This document shows, piece after piece, positions 16,135 through 19,416 of a DNA stretch of 19,416 nt. A program made the translations under genes and the position numbers. The notes under the pieces were generated by a model. It was not told where the DNA came from. It searched no databases and worked only from the letters and a program-made list of their open reading frames with translations. This DNA is from Sulfurimonadaceae bacterium (GTDB lineage Bacteria; Campylobacterota; Campylobacteria; Campylobacterales; Sulfurimonadaceae), in assembly GCA_041562555.1 (NCBI GenBank), contig JBFEXS010000032.1, forward strand, positions 1 to 19,416, given 5' to 3'. Each line of letters opens with the position of its first letter. Position 1 is the stretch's first letter.

Positions 16135-17439
16135 TTAGTCGTTTAGACCAACACTCCAACCTTGTCTCCAGTCGTCATCAGGTGTATACGCACCGACAAA
16201 AAGAGCTGTGTCAAAGAATGTGTTCTGGGTAAGAGCACGTACATCTTGTGCCTGTGTAATGGTATCAATGGTATTACTGTCGCTTTGCATGAAGATGTCT
16301 TTGATTTTTTCCAATGAAACACCCGTTGCCCGTTTAACAGCGAAGGTCTCTTCAAGGCAGTTGTTCAAGGAGATACTTTGCAGTTCAATATTCCCTTTTT
16401 TGGCACTGGCGCGATCACGTATTCCAAAACATTTGTTGAAGCCTTTGACATACCCGTTGATCAACGTTGCTCCCGAACCTTTACGCAGTAAAATCCCTTC
16501 ATGGGAGTCTTTGCTACCATGCATCTCAAAGTTCGCGATAATCGGTTTTGCTATCGGTGTCGCCAAGAAGTTTGAACTCAGGTTGTCAGCTTCAATACCC
16601 CGTGCATTTCTCGAGGTAGTCGTTGTCTGCTTGATATAGACATATTGCATTTTTCCCTGGTATCCATGGTCTGTATCGATATTGTCGTCTCCGTTCCCGA
16701 TTAGGACGATATGTGTCAGATTGACGGTTCCACCCCATAGTTCAATCCCGTCATCAAAATTATTATAGACTTCCACATAATCAATTTGTGTCTTATCACC
16801 GACCCCGCCCAGGCTCAGACCATTGAGTTCCTTATCCATACCGACCTCATTGCCTGCATATTTGATGAGGACATACTTCAGGACACCGGAATTATCATGG
16901 GGATCATTTCCTCCAAACTCTCCACCGGTAAGAGCAAATTCAAATCGCTCCAGGCCATCGACATTGGTTGGGGCATTTCCGGCGATTACCACTCCTCCCC
17001 ATTCTCCTTTATGGTGTTTTGAAGCCAATCCGAGAACATCTTTTTTTGAGGTGAAGACGATAGGTTCTTCTTTTGTCCCCTCCGCAAGTATCTTGGAACC
17101 ACGAGAGATAAAGAGATAGTCATCCCCGCTCTGTCCAAATATCGTTGTGCCCGCTTCGATCTTTAAGGTGGCTTGATTACTGTTGTCACCACCGATGATG
17201 ACTTCATCTTCAAGTGCCCATAACTTGTCTTTTGTTAAGGTGATGTTTTTAGTGTAAACGCCGCTGAGCTTACATACATCCTGACCACCTAAGCCTTGAG
17301 AGAACTTTGAAAAATCAGGGCAGGATGCATGCTCCTGACTTATCATCTGAGTCGAAGCAAAGAGTTCCATCTTATCACTCATCAGTGCCGTCGTGATCCC
17401 AAGTGCGATCGCAAAACTAATAACGAATATCTTAATCAT
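16135..17439 (-). CDS. Secreted protein of a widespread uncharacterised family, probable right-handed beta-helix
   Basis: Signal-like N-terminus; LKIEAGT, A.GT.EEPIVFTS, GEWGGVVIAGNAP, DNSGVLKYV.I.YAG, NGLSLGGVG, DDGIELWGGTVN, DD..DTD.GY.G and GIEADN; AAAGGG RBS. Confidence 0.85.
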   Translation of the reverse strand: MIKIFVISFAIALGITTALMSDKMELFASTQMISQEHASCPDFSKFSQGLGGQDVCKLSGVYTKNITLTKDKLWALEDEVIIGGDNSNQATLKIEAGTTIFGQSGDDYLFISRGSKILAEGTKEEPIVFTSKKDVLGLASKHHKGEWGGVVIAGNAPTNVDGLERFEFALTGGEFGGNDPHDNSGVLKYVLIKYAGNEVGMDKELNGLSLGGVGDKTQIDYVEVYNNFDDGIELWGGTVNLTHIVLIGNGDDNIDTDHGYQGKMQYVYIKQTTTTSRNARGIEADNLSSNFLATPIAKPIIANFEMHGSKDSHEGILLRKGSGATLINGYVKGFNKCFGIRDRASAKKGNIELQSISLNNCLEETFAVKRATGVSLEKIKDIFMQSDSNTIDTITQAQDVRALTQNTFFDTALFVGAYTPDDDWRQGWSVGLND

Positions 17440-17476
17440 ATTTTCCCTTTATAAAGGCCAGGCCTTTGATGATGAA

Positions 17477-17520
17477 ATGCTAAAATGATTTGATTACGGA
17501 AGTGTTACCTAAAGGCTACA
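17477..17520 (-). promoter_or_regulatory. Putative OmpR/PhoB-type tandem direct repeats plus a weak -10 (TAGCAT) for the secreted-protein gene
   Basis: - strand reads GTAGCC-N5-GTAACA-N5-GTAATC (11-bp period, 17519 to 17492), then 9 nt, then TAGCAT (17482 to 17477). Confidence 0.5.
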
Positions 17521-17583
17521 GTTTGGTAAATAAAGGCCGATTACGTAAGTAATATGAAACTAAGCGATTACCAGATATATTGC

Positions 17584-17591
17584 GATAAAAT
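17584..17591 (+). promoter_or_regulatory. Putative -10 box (gaTAAAAT) for the LRR-kinase gene
   Basis: TAAAAT at 17586-17591, 18 nt before ATG 17610, implying a short leader. Confidence 0.45.
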
Positions 17592-17609
17592 TCTGTTAAA
17601 AAGAGTCCC

Positions 17610-18881
17610 ATGCATACATTAGAACAGCTTTATTCAGGCGAATTAAAAGGGATCAAGAGACTTCAGTTGTCGCAGGGACTTCGTTCTTTCCCTGAAGAGA
17701 TTTACAGCCTCTCAGACTCTCTTGAGATATTGGACCTGAGTCATAATCAACTAAGCACGCTCCCTCCTGATTTGTACCGTTTGAAAAAGCTGAAGATTGC
17801 GTTTTTCTCACACAACCTTTTTCGGGAAGTCCCTGATGTGTTTAAGAAATGCACACAGTTATACATGTTGGGTTTTAAAGCAAACAAGATTGAGCATTTT
17901 GCTGAAGAGATCTTGCCTTCGAGCATCTCCTGGTTGATTCTGACGGATAATAGAATAGAGAAACTCCCCAAATCTATTGGACAGTTGAAACTACTGCGAA
18001 AGTGTGCTTTGGCAGGGAATCAGATACAAGAAATCCCCCAAGAAATATCGCAATGCAAGAACCTGGAGTTGATCCGTCTTTCTGCAAACAAAATTGAAGA
18101 GATGCCGCCTGCGCTTTTGGAGTTGCCCAAACTGTCATGGCTGGCTTTTTCAGGCAATCCATGTTCGCCTTCCATGGACCTTTCACTTCGTGAAGTCAGC
18201 TACAGCGATTTGGAAGTGGAAGAGCTTTTGGGAGAGGGTGCTTCCGGTGAGATATATCGTGCCTACTCCAAGAGTCTGGATCAAGAGGTGGCATTTAAAT
18301 TGTTCAAAGGCTCGATCACAAGTGACGGATATGCGAAGGATGAGATGAATGCCTATATGAGTACCGGTGAGCACAGGCATCTTATCAAAGTATTGGCAAG
18401 GCTGGAGGGTGAGGAGCGTCTTGGTCTGATCCTTGAGTTGATCTCAAAGGAGTATACGAGTTTGGGGCTTCCTCCGAGTTTAGATACCTGTACCCGTGAT
18501 ACTTTTGAGGCGGGAAGGATGTTTACGGCGGAGATGATTATGGATATTGCAAAAGCCATGTCCTCTGTGTGTAAACATCTGCATGCAAAAGGATTGATGC
18601 ACGGGGATCTGTATACGCATAATATTTTGATCAATACAGAAGGTATGAGCTATTTGGGCGATTTTGGTGCAGCGAGTTTTTATAATACAAAAGATGATAT
18701 ATATGAGAAAATCGAAGTACGCGCATTTGGATGTCTTCTGGAAGACCTTTTAAATCTATGTGCGGATCAGGACACCCGATTGTATGAGAGCTTAAAAGAA
18801 GTCAGTCTAAAGTGTATGGATATGCAGCCTCATCGCAGACCCTTATTCACAGAGGTATATGCAGAGCTTTTATCGCTATGA
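17610..18881 (+). CDS. Leucine-rich-repeat protein kinase family protein
   Basis: About 7 LRRs of roughly 23 aa (LEILDLSHNQLSTLP, WLILTDNRIEKLP, LELIRLSANKIEEMP), then LGEGASG, VAFK, HGDLYTHN and GDFG; no signal peptide or TM. Confidence 0.92.
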   Translation: MHTLEQLYSGELKGIKRLQLSQGLRSFPEEIYSLSDSLEILDLSHNQLSTLPPDLYRLKKLKIAFFSHNLFREVPDVFKKCTQLYMLGFKANKIEHFAEEILPSSISWLILTDNRIEKLPKSIGQLKLLRKCALAGNQIQEIPQEISQCKNLELIRLSANKIEEMPPALLELPKLSWLAFSGNPCSPSMDLSLREVSYSDLEVEELLGEGASGEIYRAYSKSLDQEVAFKLFKGSITSDGYAKDEMNAYMSTGEHRHLIKVLARLEGEERLGLILELISKEYTSLGLPPSLDTCTRDTFEAGRMFTAEMIMDIAKAMSSVCKHLHAKGLMHGDLYTHNILINTEGMSYLGDFGAASFYNTKDDIYEKIEVRAFGCLLEDLLNLCADQDTRLYESLKEVSLKCMDMQPHRRPLFTEVYAELLSL

Positions 18882-19416
18882 TGAAGCGTGTACGAACTGA
18901 TACATCAAAATAGATGCGGCTACGCCTACGTTAAAGCTTTTGACCCCCTCGGCCATCTCAATATGTACTGCCTGATCACAGGCATTGAGAACTTCTTCAC
19001 AAAGTCCTTTACCCTCATGTCCCATGAGCAAGACCCATTTTTTTGGTACCTCTATCTGTGAAAGAGGGATAGAACTATCACTGATCTCAGCCGCGAAGAT
19101 CGTATATCCTGAGGTTTGTAACTGCTTCAAGGTCGTATAGATATTGTCATATTGATGGTAGTCGAGCATGGACACATATCCCATCGACACACGCAGTGCT
19201 CTACGGGCATAGGGGTGGGGGCCCTGTGCCGGTACAAGATAGGAATTGATACCTAAAGCTGCGGCACTTCGGGCGATGGATCCGATATTTTCCGTGGAGC
19301 TGATCTCATCGAGCATGATAATCTGATCCCCCAGTTTTTGTAGAGGAATGGGCCCTGGACGAACCGCATGCATCATCGCATTATGGTGGATTTTATGGCC
19401 GACGATCTCTTGCATC
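18876..19416 (-). CDS. TrmH/SpoU-family RNA 2'-O-methyltransferase, probably 5'-truncated by the window edge
   Basis: NIGSIARSAAALG, R.SMG, MGHEGKGL and I.M...VKSFNV.VAA.I SPOUT motifs; frame open to the window end; stop overlaps the kinase 3' end by 6 bp. Confidence 0.92.
   Translation of the reverse strand, partial: MQEIVGHKIHHNAMMHAVRPGPIPLQKLGDQIIMLDEISSTENIGSIARSAAALGINSYLVPAQGPHPYARRALRVSMGYVSMLDYHQYDNIYTTLKQLQTSGYTIFAAEISDSSIPLSQIEVPKKWVLLMGHEGKGLCEEVLNACDQAVHIEMAEGVKSFNVGVAASILMYQFVHASS

Noticed and set aside
16055..16159. N-terminal extension of the 151-aa ORF in the track
   Set aside because: It overlaps the upstream gene's end and a hairpin; ATG 16054 has an AAGGA RBS and begins the homologous region.
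1..19416. CRISPR arrays, tRNA/rRNA, IS or prophage genes, selenocysteine read-through
   Set aside because: Intergenic gaps are all about 170 nt or less, with no spaced repeats or cloverleaf; no transposase or integrase motifs; TGA stops fall at expected protein ends.

Overview
Gene content, gene order and gnTAnaAT-type -10 boxes point to a Campylobacterota chromosome (Sulfurimonas/Sulfurovum-like; an inference). Positions 1-11102 are one tightly packed + strand housekeeping run: nrnA (3' end), M23 peptidase, minC, lpxC, tsaB-like, thrB, ylxR, infB, rbfA, rimP, ribD, ubiE/menG, xseA. Positions 11189-19416 are a mixed-orientation, more accessory region: truD, a small hypothetical, an atypical clpS, an SDR, an HMA protein plus an SO_0444/DUF318-type permease, a degenerate PNPOx-like protein, a secreted beta-helix-type protein, an LRR-kinase and a partial TrmH methyltransferase. 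I saw no rRNA, tRNA, CRISPR array or mobile element. The best leads are: (1) an exported or membrane-anchored HMA protein ending in three KCG repeats that resemble MNIO-modified copper-binding RiPP precursors, directly upstream of a Cys-rich permease; (2) an orphan ClpS that keeps its ClpA-docking residues but has a rewritten N-degron pocket; (3) a cytoplasmic LRR/non-RD kinase; (4) an OmpR/PhoB-like 11-bp-period repeat upstream of the secreted protein. All family assignments come from reading motifs by eye; no searches were run.
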